64,000 bases of DNA, from contig OZ249448.1 of assembly GCA_965235115.1 (NCBI GenBank), forward strand, positions 23,188,001-23,252,000, in the 5' to 3' direction. This stretch comes from Laetmonice hystrix. Its lineage: Eukaryota. Positions 1 through 33,120 of this stretch are shown here, one piece after another. Below the pieces are notes generated by a model that ran no database searches, was not told where the DNA came from, and saw nothing but the letters and a program-made list of their open reading frames with translations. The position numbers were made by a program, and so were the translations under genes. The first letter of the stretch is position 1. The number at the start of each line of letters is the position of its first letter.

Positions 1-215
1 CGACCGGTACCCTGAGTCGGCCAGACTGTAAATCAGCCACCTAGAATTGGAGTCTGTTGGTCAAATTCCCAGACTTTCCCGGACTTGTGCACATATTTAT
101 CAAATTTTCCTGGCCCAGGAGGCCCCAATATAAAAATTCCGGACTTTTCCCGGTTTCCCGGACCCGTGGGAACCATACTTCACAGAGGTCTACCATTAAT
201 ATACTCCACACTCAC

Positions 216-3200
216 CCCATTGGCAGCTGCCCCCTCCTCCTCTGTTGGCGTGGTGACCGTTTTCTCCGTTTCCTCAGCGATCCCCAGAAAAGATTCCAGT
301 GGCGTGCGTACAACTTTTTTCGTTTTTTCCTTGTCTTGTTCTGTCAGATGTTCCGTACGGGTTTTTGTTACTAGTTCCACATTAGTTGCACTGAAGACCT
401 GTTTGCAATAATTTCCATGATGTAAATATTCTACTCTTGGAAATATAGAAGATATTTACTAATTGTGTATCCTGTCCAATACATATGTATTAGAAGAGTG
501 AACCACTTGTTACTACCAGCAGACTGTACTCACCTTACATTCGTATGTGTTAACTGCTTCAGATTTATCACTGCGCCAACCCCAAATGCCAGATTTGTTC
601 CTGGATAACAAAGAAAATATAATCCTTCAAATTATAATTTCGATATGCCACTCTCCTCAAAAATATCACATGAAAATCAACACAGAAAGCAGTTCTTCCC
701 ATCAGCATAAAAAGATTCTGGAAAAAAAGTGCAGGAAACTTTGGAAATCACAATGTAGTACATTTATTTAAAGTGATTGTTGCACACATACACGATCGTC
801 TATTGCACTGTTGTAATAAACCAGCTCACCTAGTCTAAGAATATAGACAGCATAGTCCTCTCCCAAAGGTCCAATTCTAACTTTGACAGAAACAAGACCA
901 TACTATCTGCATGCATCCCTCCACCTTTACAATATTTGCTGCAACTAAAATATTTACTCTCAGAATAACACCTTAAACATAGACTTTATGGTATCCCACT
1001 CTCTAACCATCTCGGGCTGGATTTAGAGAATCAATCCGTCAAGTCAAAATTACCGGGAGGTTGGTCATTATGTTCTTGACGAATATAAAAGATTTATTCA
1101 GTGTTTCTAAGCAATAAGGTTAAATTCCCCTTATTCTCTTGAATGCAAGAGAATTTCAAATTCCAGGTATATTGTAAATATTAAATGCATTGTGTTCACA
1201 TCAATATGACCAGGAATAAAGCAAAACACGGAAAAGATAGTTTCAAAAAACATGCAGTGATTTCTAGGTAAGAAATGGTGCTCTCACTTGCTCCTTTAAG
1301 CATTAAAATTCAAAGAAGAAATACAAGATTTTTTAGTGCATACTATAGAAATATATGCACAGCTAGAGAAATGTGATGAAGAAATGTAAAAGTTTATTTT
1401 GTGACAGAAATAAGTGCCATGATATTATTGATCACTTCTATTAGAAACCCTCTGACCTTCAAAACCATATGAATTTGTTTGTTTTTCCATCCCTCATTAT
1501 TAAAATCAATCACTCTCATCCCAACAAATCGGACCTTATGGCCTGATCAGTATTAGTTGAGCTGCTGAAAACTTGGTGGCAACACAGGCAAACTTGTATT
1601 TACTTAAACATTTTTAGTAGCATGTCCTGTAATCCTAAACAAGTGACGGTGGTCTACTAAAAGATTTTGGACTGCAATACAAGAAATTTAGTTTTATTAT
1701 CTTATTGTATCTTTGGCAACCAGATGGAATACAATCTGCCATCCTCCCTCTTGTCACTAGATGACGCTGATTGCAGAATGTATCTAGAGCGAGGGAGAGT
1801 TTGTGGTTTTACACCACGTCGGTAACTAAGGCCATCTTCTGGGCCTCAAGTGTTCAGATATCAAAACTGAGTCCTAACTGAGTCAGTATGGCGAGTGTAA
1901 ACGTGAACACTATACACAGACCTCCAGAAATATTTCCTCCCAGGATGGTTGGGGTGATTGGGGGGAGTTACTGGTTGTGTGCACCTACTAACAACTCTAC
2001 GGGCTGGCAGCCCGAGTATTCTCAAGTAAACATACAGCTGGCACCAGATTGCTTTGACAGAGGTAAAATAGGGAGGTCCAAGCTCAAGCTCGCTGTTACT
2101 AAGTAAGAATGGTTTATGTCCACGAGATCGAGTTACCTGCGACACTACATTTTATACGCGATCCTCTGTCACACAATGTCACAAAAGAAAACATTCATGG
2201 TAAAGACCATGACCTCACTTAAACTGACTTGAGGGCTGTTGACAAGAAAGTTGTTGTTTAAGATTGTTTAAACAAAACTTAACTATAAAACATTGCTGTC
2301 AGTTACGGATTGAAACTTTCATCTTGAGCATCTCAAACCAACCTTTCAAAGGAGATCTTGTCCGTGTCGATGAAGGTGGTAACGATGGGGGAAGTAATCC
2401 GTGCTGCCACCTGATCCTCGGAGGGCAGCAGGATATCAACGTCAGGCGACTGGGGAAGTACGCTCATTGTTTCCGTATACACCTGTTGTAAGTCATGGTC
2501 GATCTCCATCACAATTGCCGAGTGAACTGAGAAAACACAGAGAGAAAAACACGACACAAGTTATCATACTCCTCATGGTCTTTACCCCATTCATCAAATT
2601 TTAAGTGGTGATAGATTCCCGTGTTCATTTTCCTAGTATCTAAATAAAGATAAATTTACATTTTTCCATCCTGAATGGCTGACCACCATGGATGTTCACA
2701 ATTAATCTTCACACATGCAACATTTTATTCATTTCTAAAAAAAGGAGGAAATTTACCAGATACAGTATATGATTTGGATGGAAATACCTATTCACTGTTC
2801 CTAACATTCGGAGCGGTAATATAATATCAGACAAATCTAAAATGGACAAAGGAGTTGTTTATAACTGTAAGCTTACCACTGCCCTTGAAGACATAACTGC
2901 GACTACCTCGCTGCCAATTCATGTTGTCGAAACCCAGTAACGTGGTGTCAATTCGAACATTGGGACCTGGAACCACGAGACTTACATTCAAACAAATCCT
3001 GTCAGGGTGTACCAACTGCATCCACAATCTACACTTTAAGTTAACTTGAGTTTAAGTCTACAACAGTTTGTAGTTTTAAAGTAACAATGACACTTTGTTG
3101 GTCTCTCGTTGCTGTCTTTGTCAGATCTACTTGAAAAAGTTTTTGTGAAGCTTAAAATTTTTGCGACCTTCATATTTCTTTAATTTGAAAATTTGCCTTT

Positions 3201-6200
3201 AAATTTCACAAATTTATTTCGAAGATGCACCTGAGGGCATATGAAACGTCATGCGTTTTTAGTTTTAATAAAGAATATTGGTATGTTATTAATGATTAGA
3301 AATGTTTGTTCAGAGAGCAGCAGTAGTTATAAATGCTCCACTTACCACTTTTCCATACCCTATAGGTGTCACTGGGGCACATTCTTGACACCAGGGGCAC
3401 TGGAAACAAAAGGAACCGTATAAAACTAGATTAAAGCCAATCTTTACAGAACTACTGGTGGACATTCATATCATCCAATCTCCTGCTTTAATCAAACTTA
3501 GAAGGAAAAAAAAGATATATATTCTAATATCCCTGTTGACAAAATCTTCTTAGAATTGTCCTGCTATGCCTTTCCCTTCAGTTTAAACTAGATACTATTA
3601 CTAGTCATCATTTTCAGTCAGCTATTTTTTTTCTATGATCTACATGAAAATCCTCGAGTTTTAGAGTCCATGCATTGCATCCTGCTAACTAACCCCAGCT
3701 TGTGAACTCCCATTTCATCTCGACATAGAAGTCTGGTGCTTCACGCAGTTTCTGCAGTAGTTCCGGCACACCCTCAGTTCGCCGTTGGTATCGCTGGTAG
3801 TCACGGTACTGGAGACAAAGTTGTACCATCTCAGGGTCTCCAGTACTTACAGCTTCTTGAGTCACTGTTAAAAAACAACAGTTAGACGTCAGTTACCTTT
3901 CCGTGATTCGGCCATGAATCTAGGACACAGGATCTCTAGATATTTATGGTACATACCAGCTTTTTCTTGAAAAATATATTTACAGAAAACTGCCTCTGCA
4001 TCACTGACAACAAGTGGTAGAATGAGGACTTACCACTCCAGTACTTGGCATTCTCACTGTTAGCGTTGGCACCATGACGGAGGAGTGTGCGGGTAGACTC
4101 AATGTGACCTAGGGTGACACTCAGGTGTAGTGGGGTCCTCCCTCGTGGGTCTCGTATCTCCAGGTCATGGACCTGATATCAGAGGACATTCAAGGTCATA
4201 TTAAATCCAATTTTTTCATTCCAAGTCAAGCTAAACCGAGGCTCTCAGGCAGAGAGAGGGTTTGTATTGTATGTACAGCCACTGATAATACAACTGAATA
4301 AAAATAAATAATAAAAACACATGTACACAAGGCATACCAAATCAATGCACGACACTGTTCTTCTTTGACATTGCCATGACAGGTAAAACCTGACAAGGTT
4401 CTCATTGTTCAGGTTTTCTTGACATTATTTGAGAGCTATTTATTGCTGATATCTCGAGTATGACTTACTGTCTGCTTGATCAATACATCAAACCTTACAT
4501 CATGTGAGAGTAACATAACATACGAGTAGCAATGGCACACACCTTCACCGTATAATATTACAGGTTTAATGTACTCCGAGCACTGAACATTACCAGGGGC
4601 AGAACTGTCAAACTACAACTTGCAGTGACAATGTTCAAGGTTTTGCTACAGCCACAATAGGGCAATGTCTGGGGGAAACTTTCTCTCTCTGAGTTATCCT
4701 CAGGGTTCTTAAGGGACTCCATGAACCCAGTACTTTTTTTTTAACATTCAACCCCACGATTTTAATGGTTTGAGTGCAGTCATGCCAAGCATTCCAATCT
4801 CTGCTAACTGATGGGGCCCTGGTGTTGAAGTTTGCAGGTCGCTGACAATGACATTCAATATGTACCGGGGTACACTGATACAGGGCTGTCACTGGCAGCC
4901 AATCAAACTGCTGGTAACAAAGGTCACTCAAGTTGTAAATTTTACAATTAGTTCAAGCATGCATTTCCTAGTAAAAATCCTCTTAGTGTTACTAATTCTT
5001 ATGGCTGAAAACTGATCAGTTTTTTAAAACTATTGGATCAAAACACTGGACTCATCCAATACTTAATGCACCTTTGTGTAAATTTTCTCCAACTTTAGGA
5101 GATTTCCTAAATTCCTCCTTCAATGTCCTTGGAAAATGTTTTCTAGAGCCTGTCAAATTCCGTGAGCATTGCCAGGAAATTTTGATGTTGTAAAAGCACT
5201 TTAGTTTTACGGTCTGCTGCAGATAGACACTTTTTAAAAACTACAAGTCAGTCTTGGCCAGAGGTATCGGCAATACAGTTGGCAAGAACTAGCGTGGCTG
5301 GACACGGAGACGTGGCTGTAATTTGTGTTTAATCCTTATTACGGCGACTAGATGGGAGGAGTGACCAGTGGTAGGCCTAAAAATACCTTTTCCGTTTCCG
5401 TTAGGAAATTCCGTTTCCGTTAGGAAATTCTGTGATTGATTGCAGAAGTTGACTGCCACTAGTTTTCCTAGTTCACATGAGGAGAGAGAGTCACTGAGAT
5501 TGCGGTTTGCTGCCAGGGTAAGACTGCACGTGTACACATAACTTATTCTGTATTACATGTAAGTATGTACAGTTTGCTAGGTAACACATACAGGGTAAAC
5601 ACCCTCAAAACTCTACCCCTTAAGTCTGGTACTGTAACCACTAACATAGCATTTTAAGGTTACAAGTAGAGTTTATAACCAGTCTTAGAAAAAGCTTCGA
5701 CATCTTCCTGAAAACGCAGCTTCTTAGAACCGAGTTCTTCAATTATAGAGTTTACCGTAATCAGGTGCATGTTGCTATCTCTGACACTGAAAGGGAGTGG
5801 TCGCTGCAGACCGAAATAACTTCACACATTACGTGCAGTATGGCCTTGTACAACTATCCTCCATGGAAGCTTTCTTTATCCTCGTACATGAGGATAAAAA
5901 TATACCTGGGTATGGATCTGAGAACATCCCGCCAGATTATCTCTCTTCATGTAGCTGATCAATTAATAATTAATGGATTGAGCTGTCTTTAGTTTAAATG
6001 ATGACTAGATGATTAAGAAACGAAATAGACTTTAACAAGTGATCAACCTCCTTGTACTGAGCATAGTTTGTGAGTAGGAACATCAGAGCATAATGTAATC
6101 CTATGGGATCGAACGTCGGAGCATAATGTTTACAATCCTATGGGATCGAACGTCGGAGCATAATGTTTACAATCCTATGGGATCGAACGTCGGAGCATAA

Positions 6201-9200
6201 TGTAATCCTATGGGATCGAACGTCGGAGCATAATGTTTACAATCCTATGGGATCGAACGTCGGAGCATAATGTTTACAATCCTATGGGATCGAACGTCGG
6301 AGCATAATGTAATCCTATGGGATCAAACGTCGGAGCATAATGTAATCCTATGGGATCAAACGTCGGAGCATAATGTAATCCTATGGGATCGAACGTCGGA
6401 GCATAATGTTTACAATCCTATGGGATCGAACGTCGGAGCATAATGTTTACAATCCTATGGGATCGAACGTCGGAGCATAATGTAATCCTATGGGATCAAA
6501 CGTCGGAGCATAATGTTTACAATCCTATGGGATCGAACGTCGGAGCATAATGTTTACAATCCTATGGGATCGAACGTCGGAGCATAATGTAGTCCTATGG
6601 GATCTAACCCATTGGGAATGTTTATAGTAGAATATTCACGTAAATGTACTTTCTTCTGAATTCCTAAACCTTTTCCAAGCTCACCTAAGTTGGAGCTTAT
6701 AAGATACAGCTATAGGCCAACCATTATAATGCACATTAATCAGGTTATGTAGCATTGGCCTAACCCATCCTCAAACTCAAACACACACAGGACTATGTCC
6801 TTTGGTTAATTAGCTATGCCGCTGACTTAACTGCACCTGATCACAGATTAGTGGGGATCAGCAGTATGATTTCACAGTTGCTGTTTTAGTGGCAGTCAAT
6901 TTCCCTGATCACGGAATCACAGAATTTTCTATCTGAAACGGAATTTCATGTGTGGAACCCCCCCCCCCCCCCCCAAAAAAAAAAAAAAAAAAAAAGCACA
7001 CGGAAATTTGCATTTTTAGGCCTTCCCAGTGCTTGTCATTTGAAATCTTTACGGGAGCCATCCATCACAAATGGTCAATCATAAAGCTCTGGGAATAAGT
7101 AAGGAAAAATAACACCACATAGAGGGGGGCTGCCTTGATTAATTTAAAGCTACTTTTTGTGCCCAAAACTATGGATTCACTCATTTTCAAGCCGGTACAC
7201 CTAGGGTCTAGTCCTAGATTGAACTACATGTCCATATAGGTGTATGTTAGCCGTTCAATGCTTGACGAGAATGATGACATATTAACCATCAGCACCTTCT
7301 GACCACATGGGGATACGGGCACGTGGCTGGCAGGACCTTTCACAGACTCAGGGCTTGCCAAATTTGATTGAAAGGTGGTTGCCCGGTGGGCTACCAGTGA
7401 TAACAACCAGGGGTGTATTTCACATCATGTCGTTAGCTTGTCGTATCGTTAACTCCAATGCATTTTCAATGGGGATTTTAACGCAGGACAGAATACCGAT
7501 AGATGAGAAATGCACCCCTGGTTGCCCAACAATGACTGGTGGTTGTTCAGCACTGTTAACAGGGCAGTGCACGAAAATTTAATTAATCAATTGGGTGACA
7601 TTTGGAGGGTACATTTTAAAAGCAAAACAGACAGTTATTTTTGTTTGTATACATGTGGAATTAATTTCTTCCCCAGTCAAACAGAAAGGCAAATCTCTCG
7701 AACAGTAAAGCCATTAAAGTCTCAAACAGTCAAGTCATTAAGTGTCTCAAACAGTTTCCAAGGTTGCACGAGTTGATGGAGGCTCAAAGTCTACAGCCAA
7801 CACTGCAGCTGGGCACACTGTTTGGTAACCATCCAGGTGCCTGTTGTCATTCAGGTATAGGCCTACATTTAGCTCCCAGTGACTGCTTCTTACAGCTATA
7901 CAGTTATGGTCTCAGTGCCAGTGACTGCTTCTTACAGACCAGTTGCCCACTGGGCTTTACCTAGACAAATGCCGGTAGCCCGCTTCTTTAAAGTGGTTGT
8001 CCCAGGCGTCCGGGCAGACGATTTGGCAAGCCCTGAGACCCCTGCAACTGTTGATTCGCAATTTTGCTCTCCATCAATATTATAACAATGGAATGCAAAC
8101 TGCGATGCAATACCACCTAATTTCGAGCCATTAATTTGAGGACCCATATTTTCTGGTTGTCAATTACTCAAATTCACAGAGCCAGAGTAATCTCACTCAT
8201 CTACATCGGGGCTGCTTTTAATCAATGGGTGAATTTACGGGAAGTTATTGGCTTTCGAGCAGCTTACAACACCGGTTTCGAAGGTGCTTCGGTGCTACCA
8301 CACAGCCAACATGGCCATGCACTGGCCCTGCTGCTCACGTGTTCCCGGTAGGCCAAACCATCATCTCCTACCTCCCCACGGAACACATTTCATCGGCCTT
8401 CGACCAGCTTAAGGCACTGACCCAAAGTACCATCATTCTTTTCATGGAATACATTTTCAACCAGTGCGGCAGCTGGTCAAACCTATGTATGACTGGTCTA
8501 TTTACGGCCGTGCACGGTGAGCACGCCGGGCAGCTCACATGGCTCGCCGGGCGGCAAGCCGCTAGGCGAGGCCCAGGGCAGAACAGATTACAACCGGTGA
8601 AACCCTCTTATGCTGGATTGCCAACAGCAAAAAATGTCAACCTTGGAGGCCCACTCGTCCCCCCTCCTGTCTACATAATGTGAATATGACAGACGGTACA
8701 GATATATTTTGTTGTATTATAGTTATGTCTGGGCTGCTTCTGCTGGGTGATCGCTGTTTGGCTGCGTCATCAATAACTGCGTAGAAAGTTCGGTTGTACT
8801 GCAGGTAACACGCAGGTATTGTCCCTATTTGACTTTGCAAATATTCGTACACGTCTTTGGTAACGCAGGAAGTAATATTAGAAAATCGCTAAAATTTTCT
8901 TACATTTCACACTATACTGACTTTAATATTCAATAAACATAGCGATATACTGAGAAGCATGCCGAAGGAGACATTCAAAGATCGTCAATTAGTGTGTCTA
9001 TTTCACCAGAACCGGCGAGTTTGCAGGAAGGAGATTGGGTTACGCAAATTGACATCTGCGCGAGCGATGGTCGAACAAAACGATCTTTCCCGCAATTTTC
9101 AGAGGCCTGATGTGCGATGATTGGTTAAACGAGGGCTGCCGTCTGCCACTAGCCACTAGCTAGTCTGCCACTAGCTATTGTGCTGTTGTTGTCTCAACTT

Positions 9201-10126
9201 GATTGACAGGTCACAATAGGTGGGAGCCAACTGATGCGGGTGGCTGGAGTGACAGGCTGGGAGAGAGCCATTTGGGACTGACAAAAAGTGGTGACAATGC
9301 TGGGTGGTCATAACAGAAGTGTCTGCTATTGTGGGGTTTTGACAAACATTAAATAGCTCGAGAAAAATTTCAAGAATGAGCCAAAATGGCCGTAATTAAG
9401 GGTTGACCGCTTTAATACTGAGGTGGCCGTTAGGCAGGTTGCCACTGTATTGTAATTTGTATGCCAAGGGGGATATATAGTGCATGTCATGTCTGGAACT
9501 GGGATGCATAGACCGCAAGATTTTTTGAAGCCTGATCGATTCCTTAAAACAATTTGTACAGTGCATGAAAATGTTGTATTTACTTATAGATCTTACGTTT
9601 ATAGCATAGGCTATGCAAGGCATAGCCACAGGGTTACATTTTGGAAGTTATATTTTTAGTAAAAATTGTGTAATAACCTCGTTGACATCGTGATCATGAA
9701 GAACAAAAAATATAGTATTACTAGATCTAGATCTAGATCTAGGCCTAGTTCTTTTAATCTTCCTCTTGACTTTCTCGTTCTGGGAAGCAACTGAACCAAA
9801 GGGTGTAGGCCTATCATCCTACACTCTTTGACTGAACTGTCATGATCAGACCAATAGATGACACATGCCCTGATTATACCATCAGGATGAGCTCATCCTG
9901 CCCAAAATACATGCTGACCCCTCCCCTCCCCCCCCCCCCCCCCCCCGGCCTCAAGCCTCACTGCACAGCAGCTGCAGCAGCAACGCCCGTTCGTTCAATC
10001 AGTGCGAAATGTCAACCCAAGCATCCTTACCTCCGCCCCTGACAGCGTCTTCTCCAGTTCTTCATGTTTGTTGTACCACACAAGCCAGTGTATGGGATAC
10101 GACTCCCGTATCGTCCTGGCGGACAT
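216..10126 (-). CDS. ANKRD13: Ankyrin repeat domain-containing protein 13 (ANKRD13A/B/D type), 5' part; gene continues beyond the left edge
   Basis: Exons in transcript order, all GT-AG and phase-compatible: 10126-10031 ([32 protein letters not shown]), 4172-4034 ([23 protein letters not shown]...), 3864-3694 ([14 protein letters not shown]...[15 protein letters not shown]), 3399-3346 ([18 protein letters not shown]), 2966-2877 ([29 protein letters not shown]), 2526-2343 (MEIDHD...[20 protein letters not shown]), 600-534 ([22 protein letters not shown]), 398-216 ([18 protein letters not shown]...). Total 328 codons. The motifs match ANKRD13 ankyrin repeats plus the conserved central domain; [12 protein letters not shown] is A/B/D-like rather than C-like. 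Confidence 0.95.
6086..6602. repeat. Minisatellite, 33/37-bp units, ~15 copies; each unit carries a B-box-like GTTCGATCCC on the minus strand
   Basis: Unit gcataatgt(ttac)aatcctatgggatcgaacgtcgga, in ANKRD13 intron 1. Confidence 0.95.
8190..8520 (+). mobile_element. Degenerate, frameshifted Mutator-like (MULE) transposase fragment
   Basis: Successive frames give IGAAFNQW...[26 protein letters not shown]...FMEY and DWSIYGRA. These resemble the MULE segments GCxFHW..AY, FLPxEHIxxAFxxLK and WSVFGRxxRTNN. Recognised by eye only. Confidence 0.45.
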
Positions 10127-11819
10127 TTGGTCACAGGTTGAAATTGTTGGGCAACTTAGAACAAGAGACGGGGACAGATTCACTCAGCGAGCGGGTCTTC
10201 CCTCAAAACCGACACACTGATATTCTACGATTGTCGTAAATTAGTTAATCAAATTCAACATTTTCAGTTCGATGAAATTTCAATACTACTTTAAAAGTGA
10301 AGGGTATAAATACTGACGAATTTTAAAAATATTTCCTTAGGTATTGTCGAGTGAAGATGAAGTTTGCAGCTTGCCGGAAAACGTAAAATAAGCTAGATCT
10401 ATGGTCTGTTTAGAAAGCATGAGAATGGTGCATATCTCTACGTTATGTCCAGGCATAGAACTCGATCCAGGCGATGCAGAGCACGGGGTCCGGCACCAAA
10501 ATAGACATCTCTTCCTAAAATAAGAATAATAGGAGACTAGTTTCATTATTTGCTACTGCTGAATAATGTAAGAAATTACAACCCCTGGCCTACTGTACAT
10601 GTTTCTAACATTATGAAGAAAGCAATTTTAGCCCCCCACTAAAAGAATGTGATTTTTAACAAAAGTATGGGGTTTCCTCAGGAAAAGGTTCAACACTTTT
10701 CATACTTGAGCAAGTTTAAATACTACACGTGGCTGTATAGACCTACCTCTCCACATCTTGGTTTTAGACCTAAGCCAAGGCTAAGCTAGGCCTACAAAAT
10801 TAATCGCCCCCCCCCTTTTTCCCCTTTTTCTGGCCCATATTTCATTGAAACTCTGCTGGCATCTAAAACCAATCAAGTAACATTGAATAGCATGAAATCG
10901 GTTCAAATAGCCACAATAACGCGAATGTCAGTAGCAAACATTCTATTTTTTGTTAATTTTTATCATTGGAAATTTTCACATTTTGTGAAAGTTTAGCCCC
11001 CCTTTAAAAAGGGGTTGGACCTATCTAAATAACTTTAAGATATTTGCTTAGTACCTACCTTTCATCATCAAACATTTTACTCTGGGCGAGGTTCCATGGG
11101 ATAAACCTCTGGTGGTGGGCATTACGTCATATGCCATTTTTAGCAGATTGTGATGGTTTGGTTGAGGTTTGGTTGAGATATCTGCAGGGTTTCCTGCAGG
11201 CCCTTTTTTTTGGGGGGGGGGGGGGTGCAGTCCCCCCATTATTCAGCTACTCCCACCAAAAAAATTCCCAGGGGGAAATATTTTGCATTACTCCCCCCCC
11301 CCCCCCCCAAACTCGGAGCATTCCCACCCAAAAGTCGAAAATCTCCAGGAAAGCCTGATCTTGAAAAATGACTGAGATAAACATAGTGTCTAACACGAAG
11401 ACGAAACCACACAATTTCAAAATCTCGCCATCCCCTCCGTAGGGGATGGGATAATCAGATGAAAAAAATCACCTCAGACGCTGTTGAAAGCAACCATACT
11501 GCTATGAGGTCATAAGTAGGATTAGCTCCACTTTTAAAATATATATAATATTCGATTGAGATTAAATCAATTCATCATCGCGAGTCATCTGAGTAAATAA
11601 AAATTTAAAGCATTTATGTTTATTATATTCTTTGGCTGCTGATGCTAAAAGAGTAAGTAAAAGAATAAGTTTTCGTTGATACGAAACTAATCATGCTGAA
11701 GCCAGCTCTGCACCCACCATATTTACATCTCTGAACCAAGGAAGGAGCTTAGCTTTGGAATACCCTGGTGAAAATAATATTTGTGCCATATTCTACATCG
11801 TCTTCCCCGACGGTACTCA
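10127..11819. promoter_or_regulatory. Divergent (probably bidirectional) promoter region, ANKRD13/GIT
   Basis: 1693 bp between oppositely oriented start codons; inferred from gene geometry only. Confidence 0.55.
11185..11357. mobile_element. MITE with CAGG...CCTG ends and internal G/C homopolymers; a second partial copy lies at ~41415-41530
   Basis: Termini cagggtttcctg / caggaaagcctg; flanks atctg / atctt (4/5 match). The internal sequence aaaaaattcccagggggaaatatt...gtcgaaaatctccaggaaagcctga recurs at 41434-41530. Confidence 0.7.
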
Positions 11820-31036
<19,217 letters not shown>

Positions 31037-31831
31037 CACCTGTAGAAGAACATGGAAGAAGACTAGTTGAGTTTTTTTTCATAAAATAAATTTTTATAAG
31101 TTCTGCTGATTTAAAGTTCTGCAAGACATGCCTGGAAACGGAAAGAGGCATGGAAACAGGATGTCGTGTCTTCACACCTTAAAGATGTGAAATACAGCTT
31201 TAAAGATACACAATATCATTGATCTCGTCAAAAAACTTTTTTTATTTTTTTATTTACAACAATATCTAACTATCCAATATAGATATTACAAACTGACAAT
31301 AGAGTTTGTTGGTGATACAAAAACCTAGCGTAATGTGTCTCAGTTTTCTCTCTAGGCCAAAAGAGGATTTTCGATAATTATTCACTCATAGAGAGTATGT
31401 AGCAATTATATGTAATAATGGTGTATAGGTAGCATGTACTGTCAGCATTTTTAGCTGAACTATAGATTTTATTTTCTACCTTTAATGGCATGCTCTCGTG
31501 TTGTGTTGGAGAGAAAAAAAGAAAGATTAGAACCAAGAATGAAAATACCGCTAAGTGTTGTATGGTAAAATCAACTGTATAGGTCATATAATCTTTGAAC
31601 CAATCATCATCCTCTTAATATAATTTTAAACAAGTGTTCATAGTAAATGATGTTGAACAATTTCATATATAAAACCATCCGGAAGAGGCGGTCATAGTTT
31701 TTCATTATCTAATTACCTATCTAATTACCTATCTAATTAGTGACATTTGTAAATAAGGGACGCAGTAGCAATTATTTAATTAAATGTGACGTGAGAAGAC
31801 TTAATTAGCACAGAGTGCCGGTGCCTCTGCA

Positions 31832-31845
31832 GTGCCCCCTAGTGG
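31832..31845 (-). promoter_or_regulatory. CTCF consensus motif
   Basis: Minus strand reads CCACTAGGGGGCAC, a 14/14 match to CCRSYAGRKGGCRS; it lies between the convergent GIT and MRPL44 3' ends. Confidence 0.4.
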
Positions 31846-32687
31846 TCAGTGTAGTGATCGCACGTTTCCCGAAGTCAAGATTTCTGTAGGAAGGTCTAGT
31901 AGTTAGCGGCAGTGAGAGAGAGAGAGAGAAATATGGACTCTAACACTGCTGATATGAAGAACAGACCGAAAAATGTGTGAGAATTGACGCTAAGTCTGTT
32001 CTTAGGCTGACTTTATTGTGTGCCGGTCATTTGCTCAGAATTTGCTAGACAAGAGGTGATATTTAGATGTAGTACTCTGGCCCAATGGTGCTGTTTTAGA
32101 TAATAGACATACAAGTAGTAGTTGTCAGTGTGTCTATAACGATGACCCTGTGTACGAATTATATATGGGAGCACACAGTCAATAAATGTGTGTTCCTTTT
32201 AGAGTTGATGTTTGTGCTTTCACCATCACGTTGAGTAGGGAATCTCCTGTAGTATTCTATATCATATTATGATAGTACTTACATGGCGAGGAGTAAAGTA
32301 GTGTCGTTGGTTGCGAACGCTTGGAATGAAGGTATTTATGGTCAACTGAAATCAAACGACAGTTCTCTTGTCCGTGTTACAGACTTAATGGGACCGATAC
32401 AATAAAAATCCAAACTGTTAAGTGAGTATCGGTAGCTTTTAAAGCTACATCCTGTTCTGATGTAACTGAGTTATATATTTATTACACTTACTGAGTATAT
32501 TGTAGGCCTAGAAAAAGATATACCCACAAACCTACATTCACTTCCCTATCTGTATCCAGTTACATAGACGTGTCATGATTACGATATAGACACTGATCTT
32601 CGAGTACAAGTATCATAGGTTAGTAACTTTTAACAAGTGCCTCACGTATAGAAAGACGCAGGTTCCTGCCTGCCACAGTGTGTCCCG

Positions 32688-33120
32688 ACTACTCGGTTGA
32701 TAAGGTGTGGGTGTCTGTGCCTACTCGGTTGATAAGGTGTGGGTGTCTGTGCCTACTCGGTTGATAAGGTGTGGGTGTCTGTGCCTACTCGGTTGATAAG
32801 GTGTGGGTGTCTGTGCCTACTCGGTTGATAAGGTGTGGGTGTCTGTGCCTACTCGGTTGATTAGCTGTAGGTATCCGTTGCCTACTTGGTTGATAAGGTG
32901 TGGGTGTCTTAGTTACTCGGTTGATAAGGTGTGGGTGTCTGTGCCTACTCGGTTGATAAGATGTGGGTGTCTGTGCCTACTCGGTTGGTAAGCTGTGGGT
33001 GTCTGTGCCTACTCGGTTGATTAGCTGTAGGTATCCGTTGCCTACTTGGTTGATAAGGTGTGGGTGTCATGCCTCCTCGGTTGGTAGGGCGTGGGTGTCT
33101 GTCGACTATAAGGTTGATAA
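32688..33120. repeat. Minisatellite, 32-bp unit, ~13 copies
   Basis: Unit ctactcggttgataaggtgtgggtgtctgtgc, with interspersed variant units. Confidence 0.95.

Noticed and set aside
972-1016. AG/GT-bounded segment in an ANKRD13 intron (possible poison exon)
   Set aside because: Weak donor and no independent support.
1888-2106. 72-aa plus-strand ORF nested in an ANKRD13 intron
   Set aside because: No recognisable motifs or splice partners; the length is within chance expectation.
7440-7500. GDFNA word resembling a LINE endonuclease motif
   Set aside because: A single five-residue match among stops, with no other APE motifs.
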